Below are positions 45,942-56,301 of a DNA stretch of 64,000 nt, piece by piece. The position numbers and the translations under genes are program-made. Each line of letters begins with the position of its first letter. Positions within the stretch are counted from its first letter, which is position 1. The notes below the pieces were generated by a model, which saw only the letters and a list, made by a program, of their open reading frames with translations, searched no databases and had not been told where the DNA came from. Origin of the DNA: an uncultured Clostridia bacterium (GTDB lineage: Bacteria > Bacillota > Clostridia > Oscillospirales > Ruminococcaceae); assembly GCA_947510165.1 (NCBI GenBank), contig CANNSB010000004.1:23318-87317 (forward strand), given 5' to 3'.

Positions 45942-47303
45942 ATGAATATATTTAAAGGTATATTTCAGTCAAGAGATAAACCTACAAACGCAACTAGTGG
46001 TAGTTCCTACCGATTTTTCTTTGGGCAGACGCAAGCTGGAAAATCTGTAACAGAACGAACTGCAATGCAAATGACTGCAGTGTATAGCTGTGTTCGTATC
46101 CTCGCTGAAGCTGTGGCTGGGCTACCACTTCACTTATACAGTCATACCGAAGGAGGAGACAAAGAAAAAGAACCAAAACACCCTCTCTACTTTTTACTGC
46201 ACGATGAACCAAATCCAGAAATGACATCCTTTGTCTTTCGTGAAACACTAATGACTCATTTACTGCTTTGGGGAAATGCCTACGCACAGATAATTCGTAA
46301 TGGAAAAGGAGAAGTGATAGCACTTTATCCTCTTATGCCAAACCGAATGACTGTTGATAGGGATAACAAAGGGCAAATAATCTACACCTACCAAATGTCA
46401 AATGATGATGCCCAAACAATGAAAGGCTCTACGGTAACACTTAAATCAAGTGATGTCCTTCATATACCTGGACTTGGTTTTGACGGTCTTGTCGGCTACT
46501 CCCCCATTGCAATGGCAAAAAATTCAATAGGACTTGCCATTGCGACAGAAGAATATGGTGCGAAGTTTTTTGCAAATGGTGCTGCTCCAAGTGGTGTACT
46601 TGAACATCCGGGAACATTAAAGGATCCAACTAAAGTAAGAGATAGTTGGAACTCAGCGTATCAAGGAAGTAGCAATGCTCACAGAGTTGCGGTTTTAGAA
46701 GAAGGTTTGAAATATACACCCATTGGAATATCTCCTGAACAAGCACAATTTTTAGAAACAAGAAAATTTCAGATAAACGAGATTGCTCGAATTTTCAGAG
46801 TGCCACCTCATATGGTTGGTGACCTTGAAAAGTCGAGCTTTTCTAATATTGAGCAACAATCACTAGAGTTTGTAAAATACACCCTTGATCCTTGGGTGAT
46901 TCGCTGGGAGCAAGCAATGGTTCGTGCCTTACTATCCCCTCTTGATAAAGAAAAGTATTTTATCAAGTTTAATGTTGATGGTCTACTTCGTGGTGATTAT
47001 CAAAGTAGAATGAATGGTTATGCCACATCAAGGCAAAATGGGTGGATGAGTGCAAACGATATACGCACTCTTGAAAATTTAGATAAAATCCCATCTGATG
47101 AAGGTGGAGATTTATATTTAATTAATGGCAATATGCTCCCACTTAAAAATGCAGGAGCATTCGCAAATAATATGAAAGGAGAGGAGGAAAACAATCGTGA
47201 AGAAATTTTGGAAGTGGAAGAATCAGAAGGTGAACAATCAGGAAGTGATGGAAACGAGGACACTGTTTCTAAACGGAACAATCGCCGAGGAAAGTTGGTT
47301 TGA
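45942..47303 (+). CDS. portal protein, HK97 family
   Basis: Position after terL. Typical central ...HIPGLGFDG..GYSPI... and ...FRVPPHM.. motifs. Confidence 0.85.
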   Translation: MNIFKGIFQSRDKPTNATSGSSYRFFFGQTQAGKSVTERTAMQMTAVYSCVRILAEAVAGLPLHLYSHTEGGDKEKEPKHPLYFLLHDEPNPEMTSFVFRETLMTHLLLWGNAYAQIIRNGKGEVIALYPLMPNRMTVDRDNKGQIIYTYQMSNDDAQTMKGSTVTLKSSDVLHIPGLGFDGLVGYSPIAMAKNSIGLAIATEEYGAKFFANGAAPSGVLEHPGTLKDPTKVRDSWNSAYQGSSNAHRVAVLEEGLKYTPIGISPEQAQFLETRKFQINEIARIFRVPPHMVGDLEKSSFSNIEQQSLEFVKYTLDPWVIRWEQAMVRALLSPLDKEKYFIKFNVDGLLRGDYQSRMNGYATSRQNGWMSANDIRTLENLDKIPSDEGGDLYLINGNMLPLKNAGAFANNMKGEEENNREEILEVEESEGEQSGSDGNEDTVSKRNNRRGKLV

Positions 47304-47943
47304 TGATGAAGTAACACCTACGCTTTTTAAAGAGGAACTCTTTAGTGGTAATGGAGATATTACTGTTTGGATAAATTCACCGGGTGGTGATTGCATTGCG
47401 GCTGCCCAAATCTACAATATGCTTATGGACTACAAAGGAAATGTGACAGTAAAGATTGATGGCATTGCAGCAAGTGCGGCATCTGTTATTGCTATGGCAG
47501 GAACAAAGGTATTAGTATCTCCTGTGTCCATGATGATGATTCATAATCCTGCAACAATCGCATGGGGTGACAGAACCGATATGAAGAAAGCAATCTCCAT
47601 GCTCGATGAAGTCAAAGAAAGCATTATTAATGCCTACGAGATTAAAACAGGAATGATGAGGAATAAGATATCTCATCTTATGGATGCAGAAACATGGATG
47701 GATGCACATTCTGCTGTTGATATGGGATTTGCAGATGAAATCATACATGGTAGAAATACTGAAAATACAGACCCTATATCTGCACCAATGGTCTATAAAA
47801 AGATGGAAGTAACTAATTCACTAATGGAGAAAATTGCTAAAAAAAGCGAAATAAAAATACCCATTAAAGCAGAAAAACAAATAAATTCAGTCGAAGCCGA
47901 TTCCTTAGTGGATAGGCTTATTTTAATGAAAAATTGGAGGTAA
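47197..47943 (+). CDS. ClpP-like head maturation protease
   Basis: INSPGGD..AA..IYN and MIHNP serine-protease motifs. Overlaps the portal 3' end by 107 nt in another frame. Confidence 0.85.
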   Translation: MKKFWKWKNQKVNNQEVMETRTLFLNGTIAEESWFDDEVTPTLFKEELFSGNGDITVWINSPGGDCIAAAQIYNMLMDYKGNVTVKIDGIAASAASVIAMAGTKVLVSPVSMMMIHNPATIAWGDRTDMKKAISMLDEVKESIINAYEIKTGMMRNKISHLMDAETWMDAHSAVDMGFADEIIHGRNTENTDPISAPMVYKKMEVTNSLMEKIAKKSEIKIPIKAEKQINSVEADSLVDRLILMKNWR

Positions 47944-47948
47944 GAAAG

Positions 47949-49151
47949 ATGGATTTAAAAGAATTGAGAGTAAAAAGAAACAAAGCATGGGAGGCTGCAA
48001 AAGCCTTTGTTGAAACAAAGAGAGATAAGGACGGACTTCTCTCACAAGAAGATGGAAAGACCTATAACGAAATGGAACAAAAGGTTAAAAACTATAGCCT
48101 TGAAATTGAGCGTATGGAAGAAATGCTTGCGATTGAAAATGAGATGCTAAAGCCTGTAAATGCACCTATCGTATCTAAGCCTATGAAAACAGACGAAGAA
48201 AAGGAAGTGAAAACAGGTAGAGCAAGTAATGTATACAAAGAAGATATGCTTAATGCACTTCGCTCTCGATTTAGAAATGTATCAAATATTTTGCAAGAAG
48301 GTGTTGATGCAGATGGTGGTTACCTTGTTCCAGAGGAATACGATAAAAGATTGATTGATGGTTTAACAGAAGAAAACATTTTCAGAAAACTTGCAACAAC
48401 TATCACTACTCATGGCGAAAGAAAGATTAATATTGCAGGAGCAAAACCTGCTGCGGCTTGGACTGACGAAGGCGGAGCATTAACTTTTGAAGATGCAAAG
48501 TTTGACCAAATTTTGCTTGATGCACATAAGCTAACGGTTGCAGTAAAAGTAACAGAAGAACTTTTATATGATAATGCTTTTGGGCTTGAAAACTACATTA
48601 TGAATCAGTTTACCAAGGCATTATCAAATGCTGAAGAAGATGCCTTTTTAAATGGTGATGGCAGTAAAAAGCCGTTAGGGATTTTTGCAAGCACAGGCGG
48701 TGGAGATGTTGGAGTGACTACAGCAAGTGCAACAGCTATTACAGCTGATGAACTTATCAATCTTGTATATAGCCTTAAAAGACCTTACAGAAAGAATGCG
48801 GCATTTATTATCAGTGATCAGTCACTTTCTGCAATCAGAAAGCTAAAAGACGGTAACGGTGCATTTATGTGGCAACCGGCACTTGTTGCAGGAGAGCCTG
48901 ACAGACTACTTGGTTACCCTGTTTATACTTCCCCTTATGTTCCAACTATTGCTGCAGGAGCATCTGTTATTGCCTTTGGGGATTTTAAATATTATAACAT
49001 CGGTGATAGAGGAACAAGATCTTTCTCTGAACTGAAAGAACTTTATGCTGGAAATGGTATGGTAGGTTTTGTGGCAAAAGAAAGAGTTGATGGCAAGTTA
49101 GTTCTATCAGAAGCTGTAAAAATCCTCAAGATGAAAAGTACATCAGCTTAA
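47949..49151 (+). CDS. major capsid protein, HK97 family
   Basis: N-terminal coiled scaffold-like delta domain, then DADGGYLVPEE and the HK97-fold region. GGAGG RBS. Confidence 0.88.
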   Translation: MDLKELRVKRNKAWEAAKAFVETKRDKDGLLSQEDGKTYNEMEQKVKNYSLEIERMEEMLAIENEMLKPVNAPIVSKPMKTDEEKEVKTGRASNVYKEDMLNALRSRFRNVSNILQEGVDADGGYLVPEEYDKRLIDGLTEENIFRKLATTITTHGERKINIAGAKPAAAWTDEGGALTFEDAKFDQILLDAHKLTVAVKVTEELLYDNAFGLENYIMNQFTKALSNAEEDAFLNGDGSKKPLGIFASTGGGDVGVTTASATAITADELINLVYSLKRPYRKNAAFIISDQSLSAIRKLKDGNGAFMWQPALVAGEPDRLLGYPVYTSPYVPTIAAGASVIAFGDFKYYNIGDRGTRSFSELKELYAGNGMVGFVAKERVDGKLVLSEAVKILKMKSTSA

Positions 49152-49171
49152 ATAAAAATTGGAGGTAGCAA

Positions 49172-49486
49172 ATGCTAGAAGAACTTCTTATCAAAGTAAA
49201 AGAAAATTTAATACTTACCCACGAGGTAGATGATAAGATGTTAAAAAGACTTATCGCTACTTCTATTTCTTATGCGGAAAGCTATCAGCATTTAGAAAAA
49301 GATTATTATTTAGGAAATGATATTACACCTACCACAGAGCAAGCAATCATTATGCTATCATCTTACTTTTATGAAAGCAGAGATGGTAGCACCGGTGGTT
49401 TCTTTGCTGATAGTGTGAATGCAAGCAAGCAGGTATGGAATACAGTCAATAGACTACTTAGACTGGATCGAGATTGGAAGGTATAG
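49172..49486 (+). CDS. head-tail connector (gp6-like)
   Basis: 104 aa in the conserved position, Phage_connect_1-like N-terminus. Confidence 0.65.
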   Translation: MLEELLIKVKENLILTHEVDDKMLKRLIATSISYAESYQHLEKDYYLGNDITPTTEQAIIMLSSYFYESRDGSTGGFFADSVNASKQVWNTVNRLLRLDRDWKV

Positions 49487-49489
49487 CCT

Positions 49490-49813
49490 ATGAGTTTTGG
49501 GAAAATGAAGACCTTTGTAGATTTAATAGAGAAACAGAAAGTGAAAGATTTAGACGGGTTTGTTATTGAAACCGATGTTATTTTAGCAAGTTTCAGAGCC
49601 TATTATGAACCAATACATGGAAGTGAAAAATGGGTTAATCGTACACAGCTTTTTGAAGCTACAGCACTTTTTCGTTTTCGTTCTATTCCAAATATTAAAA
49701 TCACTACAGATATGGTATTGATCTGTGAGTATGGAAGATTTGAAATCACATCTTTGGAAGATGTCAAAGGTAAAGATATGTACATTGAAGTGATGGCAAA
49801 GGTGGTGGTTTGA
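49490..49813 (+). CDS. head closure / head-tail adaptor protein
   Basis: 107 aa, SPP1 gp16-like size and position. Confidence 0.6.
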   Translation: MSFGKMKTFVDLIEKQKVKDLDGFVIETDVILASFRAYYEPIHGSEKWVNRTQLFEATALFRFRSIPNIKITTDMVLICEYGRFEITSLEDVKGKDMYIEVMAKVVV

Positions 49814-50247
49814 TGGCTAGAGCAACTATGAATATGCCTGAAGATTTCTTAAATAAAATATCCACTCTTGGTAGCAAAACCGATGAGATTATGGAGAATG
49901 TACTTGAAACAGGTGGTGAAGTAGTTCTTGATGCAGTGAAAAGCAACCTTTCGTCTATAATCGGTGCAGATACAAAGCATGAATCACGTTCCACTGGAGA
50001 ATTAGAACGTTCTCTCGGACTTTCTAAAGTGCTAGTTGATAAAGATGGGAACAGTAATATCAAGGTTGGTTTTGCAGAGCCAAGAAGTGATGGAGATAGC
50101 AATGCAAAAATTGCTAACATCATTGAATATGGCACAAGTAATATGTCACCTAAACCATTTCTAGCACCTGCTAAATCCAAAAGTAGAACATCTTGTAAAA
50201 AGAAAATGATAGCTAAACTTGAGGAGGAAATAAATCGTGTTAAGTGA
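49810..50247 (+). CDS. HK97 gp10-family tail-attachment protein
   Basis: IIEYGTSNMSPKPFLAPA motif. Confidence 0.7.
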   Translation: MMARATMNMPEDFLNKISTLGSKTDEIMENVLETGGEVVLDAVKSNLSSIIGADTKHESRSTGELERSLGLSKVLVDKDGNSNIKVGFAEPRSDGDSNAKIANIIEYGTSNMSPKPFLAPAKSKSRTSCKKKMIAKLEEEINRVK

Positions 50248-50572
50248 ACTTATAACCTTGCTTTCGCCTATTATTCCTACTGAAACAGCAGTTTTTAAGG
50301 GAGAAAAAGAAGATAAATATGCAGTGCTTACTCCTCTAATAGATAACTTTCAGCATTTTGTAGATAACAAGGCTAGGTATATCAAAGAGGAGATTAGAAT
50401 TTCACTATATGTAAAAGGAAATTATACAGTAATTAAAAATCAGATTATTAGGCTCTTACTTGAAAATGAGTTTGATATAACTGAAATGAAATACATCGGA
50501 CATGAAGATGATACGAGTTATCATCATTACAGTATTGATGTAGAAAAACATAAAGAAATGGAGGAAATATAA
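50237..50572 (+). CDS. tail completion/terminator-like protein
   Basis: Position between gp10-like and major tail genes. No motif recognised. Confidence 0.4.
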   Translation: MLSELITLLSPIIPTETAVFKGEKEDKYAVLTPLIDNFQHFVDNKARYIKEEIRISLYVKGNYTVIKNQIIRLLLENEFDITEMKYIGHEDDTSYHHYSIDVEKHKEMEEI

Positions 50573-51196
50573 ATGGCAACAATCGGATTAGATAAGCTAT
50601 ATTATGCAACTATTACAGAAAATGAAAACGAGGAAGAAACCTACGGAACTCCTGTGGTTTTAGCAAAAGCTATGACGGCGGAACTGTCAGTGGAACTTGC
50701 TGAAGCGACCCTTTATGCGGATGATGGTGCGGCAGAAGTTGTAAAAGAATTTCAAAGTGGCACACTCTCACTTGGTGTTGATGATATAGGTAGTACTGCA
50801 GCAAGTGCCTTAACGGGCGCAACGATTGACAGCAATAAGGTTATTATTTCATCAAGCGAGGATGGAGGACAGCCTGTAGCCATTGGGTTTAGGGCGAAGA
50901 AAAGTAACGGTAAATACAGATATTTTTGGCTATATAGAGTGAAGTTCGGTATTCCAGCAACGAATCTAACAACTAAGGGAGAAAGTATCGAATTTTCTAC
51001 ACCAACTATTGAGGGTACAGTTATGAGAAGAAATAAACTTGATGACAACGGAAAACACCCATGGAAAGCAGAAGTTACTGATGGAGATACAGGAGTAATA
51101 GCAGAAACAATAAATGGTTGGTACACAACAGTATATGAACCGAGTTTCACAGTGCCTGCACAGCAGTCAGTACAAAAAAGTGGAGGTGGTAAGTAA
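50573..51196 (+). CDS. major tail protein (phi13 family)
   Basis: MATIGLDKLYYATIT N-terminus typical of this family. Conserved position. Confidence 0.75.
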   Translation: MATIGLDKLYYATITENENEEETYGTPVVLAKAMTAELSVELAEATLYADDGAAEVVKEFQSGTLSLGVDDIGSTAASALTGATIDSNKVIISSSEDGGQPVAIGFRAKKSNGKYRYFWLYRVKFGIPATNLTTKGESIEFSTPTIEGTVMRRNKLDDNGKHPWKAEVTDGDTGVIAETINGWYTTVYEPSFTVPAQQSVQKSGGGK

Positions 51197-51576
51197 TGGA
51201 ACGAAGTGCATTTGTTACAATTAGTGACACAGAATATGAAATGATACTGACCACAAAAGCTACAAAGGAAATCGCAGGAAGATATGGTGGTCTTGAGCAT
51301 CTTGGCGATAAACTGATGAAAAATGAGAACTTTGAAATGGCACTCTCAGAGATTATATGGTTGATTACATTACTTAGTAATCAAAGTATACTCATTCATA
51401 ATCTTAAAAACCCTAACGAGAAAAAGGAACTTCTAACAGAAGAAATGCTTGAACTTTTAACTTCACCTGTAGATTTGGCAGACTACAAAGGTGCAATCAT
51501 GGAGGCAATGTTTAAAGGCACGAAAAGAAATATTGAAAGTGAAGATGATAAATCAAAAAATGCAGTAGCCCCGTAA
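51196..51576 (+). CDS. tail assembly chaperone (G-like, frame 0 product)
   Basis: Lies between the major tail and tape-measure region and ends just after a slippery heptamer. Confidence 0.7.
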   Translation: MERSAFVTISDTEYEMILTTKATKEIAGRYGGLEHLGDKLMKNENFEMALSEIIWLITLLSNQSILIHNLKNPNEKKELLTEEMLELLTSPVDLADYKGAIMEAMFKGTKRNIESEDDKSKNAVAP

Positions 51577-51764
51577 GTGATGATGAGTTGTTTACGAGGC
51601 TATTTTATTATGGCAGAGTTCAATTGGGATTTAGTACAGAGGAAACATGGCTACTTCCCTTTGGAGAACTTCTTGATTTGTGGGAATGCCATAAGCAGTT
51701 TAATGGTATGGCAAAGCCTAAATTAATAATCGATATTGATGATATTGTTCCGTTTGGAATTTAA
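51196..51764 (+). CDS. tail assembly chaperone GT-like product via -1 frameshift
   Basis: The -1 frame is open from the slip site to TAA 51762-51764 (..KKCSSPVSDDELFTRLFYYGRVQLGFSTEETW..) and has no RBS or start of its own. Confidence 0.6.
51555..51561 (+). promoter_or_regulatory. -1 programmed ribosomal frameshift slippery site A_AAA_AAT
   Basis: X_XXY_YYZ heptamer in frame 0 (TCA AAA AAT), 13 nt before the frame-0 stop. Confidence 0.6.
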
Positions 51765-51933
51765 ATTTAATATGTTGTTGATAAAATATCTATCATAGTA
51801 TGGTAAAATAAGTTCTAATAATAGATATATAACATACTCTTTAGGTCAATTATAGCAAATGTTAATATGCGTTGCTTGTGGCAACGGACAAATATCTGTT
51901 ACGCTTTAGATACAAACAAAGGAGGTATTTGTT

Positions 51934-52443
51934 ATGCTAAATGAGAATATTAAAGCTATCAGAAAATCAAAAGGACTTTCACAAGAAGAACTTGCTGTTA
52001 AGTTGAATGTAGTGCGACAAACTGTTTCAAAATGGGAAAAAGGATTGTCTGTCCCAGATTCTGAAATGTTAGTAGAAATATCAGACATTCTCGAAATGCC
52101 AGTAAGCACATTGCTTGGTGAAACTATTGCTACGGAAAGAGAAGATGAACTAAAAGTAATCTCAGAAAAATTAGAAATTATCAACTTACAATTATCACAA
52201 AAAAGCATAAAAAAACGAAAACTAATTCACGGGACGCTTATTTCTGTATGTGCAATTATAGCAGCAATTTTTGTTACCTTGTTTTTATTGAAAAGTCCTT
52301 ATTTAGGGTGGGATTATAGCGACCCTGAAACAGCAGTTCTCGGAGTGGCTTTTCATTCAATTGAATGGTTGTTTGTAAGATTAGCACCAATTACTTTAGT
52401 AGGAGCAATTATTGGTATAATTCTAACACGCAAAAAATCATAG
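51934..52443 (+). CDS. XRE-family HTH protein with two C-terminal TM helices (moron)
   Basis: KGLSQEELAVKLNVVRQTVSKWEKG HTH and C-terminal hydrophobic segments. AAGGAGG RBS. Inserted between the chaperone and tape-measure genes. Confidence 0.8.
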   Translation: MLNENIKAIRKSKGLSQEELAVKLNVVRQTVSKWEKGLSVPDSEMLVEISDILEMPVSTLLGETIATEREDELKVISEKLEIINLQLSQKSIKKRKLIHGTLISVCAIIAAIFVTLFLLKSPYLGWDYSDPETAVLGVAFHSIEWLFVRLAPITLVGAIIGIILTRKKS

Positions 52444-52510
52444 GTACTGAGGAGTATGAGCAATTTGCCTACACCATAAACTGGCAATAAAACAAATCTA
52501 ATCAATCACA

Positions 52511-52538
52511 AAGACATTTCTACGGAAGTGTCTTTTTT
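52511..52538 (+). terminator. rho-independent terminator
   Basis: AAGACATTTC-TACG-GAAGTGTCTT followed by TTTT. Confidence 0.75.
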
Positions 52539-52568
52539 CATGCCCATTTTTAGGAAGGAGGTGGTGAA

Positions 52569-55508
52569 ATGTCCGATACTTTTGGTTTGAAGATAGGAAT
52601 TGAGGGTGAAAAAGCCTTTAAACAATCTCTTAGAGATATCAATAATGATTTTAAAGTCTTAGGTAGTGAGATGAAACTTGCCACCTCTGCCTTTGATAAA
52701 AACGAACGCTCTATAGAAAGTTTAACCACAACCAATAGAACGCTTGAAAATCAAATTACTTCACAGAGAAATAAGATTGATACCTTAAAATCTGCTCTTG
52801 AAAATGCAAGTCAGAGTTTCGGTGAAAATGACAGAAGAACCAAGGCTTGGCAGATACAGTTAAATAATGCAACAGCTGACCTTAACAAGATGGAGCGAGA
52901 AGTATCTGCTAATGAAAAAGCAATTGAGCAGATGTCTATTGATATGCGTGAAGGTTCAAACAGTACTGATGAACTAGGTGATGCAATTACTCGTAGCAGT
53001 GATATTGCCGATACTTCAAAAGGTAAGTTTTCTGCTCTTGGTTCAGTTGCAGGAGGTATCGGCGTAGCCATCGGTGCATCAGTTCTTGCTATTGGTGCAG
53101 CAGCTGTAAAAGCAAGTGTGGATTTAATTAAACTCGGAGATGATTTTAACACTGCAGTTAATCAAATTTCTGCAAGTACAGGTACTACAGGAGCAGAACT
53201 TGAATCTCTTGGAGAAGTAGCACAAAGAGTGTATACTAACAACTTTGGTGACAGTTTAGATGATGTAGCCGAAGGGTTATCAGAGGTTCAAAAAATCACA
53301 GGACTTATGGACGATGAACTGCAAAAGGCAACAGAAAGTGGATTTGCTCTGCGCGATACCTTTGGTTATGATCTTCAAGAAAGTGCAAATACCGCTAACT
53401 CTCTTATGAAAAATTTCGGTATTTCAGCTGAAGAAGCATATAACTTAATTGCGGTAGGAGCACAAAATGGTGCAGATAAAAATGGAGATTTATTGGATAC
53501 CTTAAATGAGTATTCGGGACAGTTTTCTGCTCTTGGTTTATCTTCAGATGAATTTATAACAAGCCTTATTTCAGGTGCGGAAGAAGGGGTATTTTCCATT
53601 GATAAAGTTGGAGATGCCGTCAAAGAATTTAATATCCGTGCAAAAGATGGGTCTCAGTCAACTGTAGATGCCTTTCATTCTCTTGGAATGAATGCAGATG
53701 AAATGATGAGTTCCTTTGCAGAGGGTGGAGATAAGGCAAATGAAGCCTTTTTTGAAGTGGTATCGGCACTTGATTCCATGGAAGATCCAATTGCAAAGAA
53801 TGCAACAGCTGTAGCCCTATTTGGAACACAGTATGAAGATTTGGAAAGTACAGTGCTTCCGGTTCTATCTTCCATGAAAGATGGTAGCTTTGAAGTCTAT
53901 GATGCACTTTCCAATATAAATGAAGTGAAATATGACAACTTAAATTCTGCTATGCAAGGTACATCAAGAGCAATTCAAGGTGTATTTTTACCTGCTGTTT
54001 CTGAAATGTCAGCAGGAATTACAGATGCCTTTTCTACCCTGTCAACAGAAATAAATAAAGCTGATGGAGATATGAGTAAAATAAGCACAGCTATGGGTGA
54101 TGCCGTCGGTGAAATAGCAGATATTATTACAGAACAATTACCACTATTTATCGATATTGGTATGGATATTTTATCGGCTATCGGTTCATCACTTGTAGAT
54201 AATCTTCCAATTATTGTAGATGCAGTGGTAATGATAGTCATGACAATTTTTGAAGGTCTTATTTCAGCCTTACCTCAGATAACAGACGGTGCATTACAGC
54301 TACTCATGGCACTGGTAAATGGAATCATAGAAAACTTGCCGGCTCTTATGGAGGCGGCTATTTTAATGGTTGTAACTTTAGTGCAAGGGATAGGCTCTGC
54401 ATTGCCACAGTTAATTCCGGCAATTTTAGAAGCCCTTGCTTTGATAGTACAAACTCTAATAGAAAATTTACCGATGATTTTAGATGCAGCCCTTCAATTG
54501 ATTTTAGGTTTGGCACAAGGACTGCTTAATGCAATCCCTGTGCTTGTTTCATATTTACCGACAATTATCACAGCTATTGTAGAGTTTTTGATACAAGGTA
54601 TTCCTATGATAATTGAAGCAGGCATACAGCTACTGACGGCACTTGTTACGGCGCTGCCAATAATCATTGAATCTATAGTTGTAGCACTGCCACTGATTAT
54701 TGAAAGTATCGTGGTTGGAATTTTAGAAGGGTTACCACTCATTATTCAAGCAGGAATTGATTTACTAATAGCACTAGTTCAGGCACTTCCTCAGATAATC
54801 ACAACTATAGTTCAAGCAATTCCTGAAATTATTAGTAGCATTGTAAATGCACTACTTGGTAACATTGATAAAATCATTATTGCAGGAGTGGAACTTATTG
54901 TAGCATTGATAGCTAATCTACCAACCATTATTGTGGAAATTGTAAAAGCAGTACCGCAGATTATTGCAGGTATTGTTTCAGCTTTTGGAAGTCTAATGTA
55001 CAAGATTGTAGAAATTGGGGGAAATATAGTAAAAGGTCTATGGAACGGAATACAGTCGCTTGCTGGTTGGCTTTGGGATAAAGTTAGTGGTTGGATTTCA
55101 GGTATATGGGACGGCATTATGGATTTCTTTGGCATTAACTCTCCATCAAAAGAGATGGCTTGGATTGGTGAAATGCTTGTGGAGGGTCTTGCAGGTTCTA
55201 TTGACAAAGATGGAAAATATGCAATTGATGCTGCTGTAGGTATGAGCAAAGGCATTATGGACACTATGAATGGACTTGGCACTGACATGAGAAATGCTCT
55301 GCCCAGTGACTTTTCAGCAAATGTAAAAGGCACAGTAACTGGAAATATGGGAGACCCACATCAAAATGCTATGGGAACAATTGGTTCAATGGTAACCATT
55401 CAGCAGATGATAGTTCGTTCTGAAGATGATATCAGAAAAGTTTCACAGGAACTATACAATTTAATGCAGACAGGCTCTCGTGCAAGAGGTAGAGTTTTGG
55501 CAACATAA
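52569..55508 (+). CDS. tail tape measure protein
   Basis: 979 aa. N-terminal coiled coil, central TMP domain, long hydrophobic LP-x-I-I periodic repeats. Confidence 0.88.
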   Translation: MSDTFGLKIGIEGEKAFKQSLRDINNDFKVLGSEMKLATSAFDKNERSIESLTTTNRTLENQITSQRNKIDTLKSALENASQSFGENDRRTKAWQIQLNNATADLNKMEREVSANEKAIEQMSIDMREGSNSTDELGDAITRSSDIADTSKGKFSALGSVAGGIGVAIGASVLAIGAAAVKASVDLIKLGDDFNTAVNQISASTGTTGAELESLGEVAQRVYTNNFGDSLDDVAEGLSEVQKITGLMDDELQKATESGFALRDTFGYDLQESANTANSLMKNFGISAEEAYNLIAVGAQNGADKNGDLLDTLNEYSGQFSALGLSSDEFITSLISGAEEGVFSIDKVGDAVKEFNIRAKDGSQSTVDAFHSLGMNADEMMSSFAEGGDKANEAFFEVVSALDSMEDPIAKNATAVALFGTQYEDLESTVLPVLSSMKDGSFEVYDALSNINEVKYDNLNSAMQGTSRAIQGVFLPAVSEMSAGITDAFSTLSTEINKADGDMSKISTAMGDAVGEIADIITEQLPLFIDIGMDILSAIGSSLVDNLPIIVDAVVMIVMTIFEGLISALPQITDGALQLLMALVNGIIENLPALMEAAILMVVTLVQGIGSALPQLIPAILEALALIVQTLIENLPMILDAALQLILGLAQGLLNAIPVLVSYLPTIITAIVEFLIQGIPMIIEAGIQLLTALVTALPIIIESIVVALPLIIESIVVGILEGLPLIIQAGIDLLIALVQALPQIITTIVQAIPEIISSIVNALLGNIDKIIIAGVELIVALIANLPTIIVEIVKAVPQIIAGIVSAFGSLMYKIVEIGGNIVKGLWNGIQSLAGWLWDKVSGWISGIWDGIMDFFGINSPSKEMAWIGEMLVEGLAGSIDKDGKYAIDAAVGMSKGIMDTMNGLGTDMRNALPSDFSANVKGTVTGNMGDPHQNAMGTIGSMVTIQQMIVRSEDDIRKVSQELYNLMQTGSRARGRVLAT

Positions 55509-55527
55509 ATTAGAAAGGAGTATTTTA

Positions 55528-56298
55528 ATGGGATTTATATTTGATAACATTGTATCAAAAGATATGAAAGTTAAGGCAAGACTGCTAAGTTACAGTGTCG
55601 TTCCAAGCCTTAGAAATAAAAGTATAGAGATAAGCGGAAAAGATGGTCTTTACGATTTTGGCTGCGAATTATCTGAGCGAAATATTGTCTTTGACTGTTA
55701 TATATTCCCTCAAATAAGCAAGGTCAAGCTGCTAGAAATAGCGGATAATCTTGCCACGACTCTTGACCCTAAAAAGGGTGTGAGGAAATTAATCTTAGAT
55801 GATATGCCACAGCGATTCTTTCATGCCAGACTAACAGAAGGGATAGATATAGAAAAGTTGATTCAAAACAGTGGTGCTTTTACACTTTCCTTTATGGCTT
55901 TTGATCCATACGGTTATGCAATCAGTGATGAAACGTTTGAAGTAACAACTACTACGGAAACTACCATTACAAGAACCAAAGGCAATGCTGATTCTTTCCC
56001 TGTTTATGAAATAAAGGCAAGCATTCCCTTAAGTACAGATACGCTTATTATTACAACAAATAATGTGGAACTAATCATTAAAGGTGGACTTATGGAAAAT
56101 GAAACGCTTATGATTGATTCTGCTCTTATGACTGCAAAGGTACTTGATGAAAGTGGTGCAATTATTAGGAACGGTCTACTACACCTTGATGATTTTAATT
56201 TTCCGACTCTTTATGGTGGACAAAACACAATCTCTATTATTGAGAATGGGGCAACTTTTCAAACTATAAAAATAAAAGCAAACAGCAGATGGAGGTAG
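55528..56298 (+). CDS. distal tail protein (Dit)
   Basis: Immediately after the TMP. AAAGGAG RBS before ATG 55528. Siphovirus Dit size. Confidence 0.65.
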   Translation: MGFIFDNIVSKDMKVKARLLSYSVVPSLRNKSIEISGKDGLYDFGCELSERNIVFDCYIFPQISKVKLLEIADNLATTLDPKKGVRKLILDDMPQRFFHARLTEGIDIEKLIQNSGAFTLSFMAFDPYGYAISDETFEVTTTTETTITRTKGNADSFPVYEIKASIPLSTDTLIITTNNVELIIKGGLMENETLMIDSALMTAKVLDESGAIIRNGLLHLDDFNFPTLYGGQNTISIIENGATFQTIKIKANSRWR

Positions 56299-56301
56299 TA
56301 A

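Noticed and set aside
47197-47303. The 107-nt overlap between portal and protease genes was considered as a sign of a frameshift error or a fused gene.
   Set aside because: Both reading frames have family-typical termini: an acidic portal tail, and MKKFWKW...LFLNGTIAEESWFDDEVTP at the protease N-terminus. I left it as a genuine overlap, though the protease might instead start at Met 47248.
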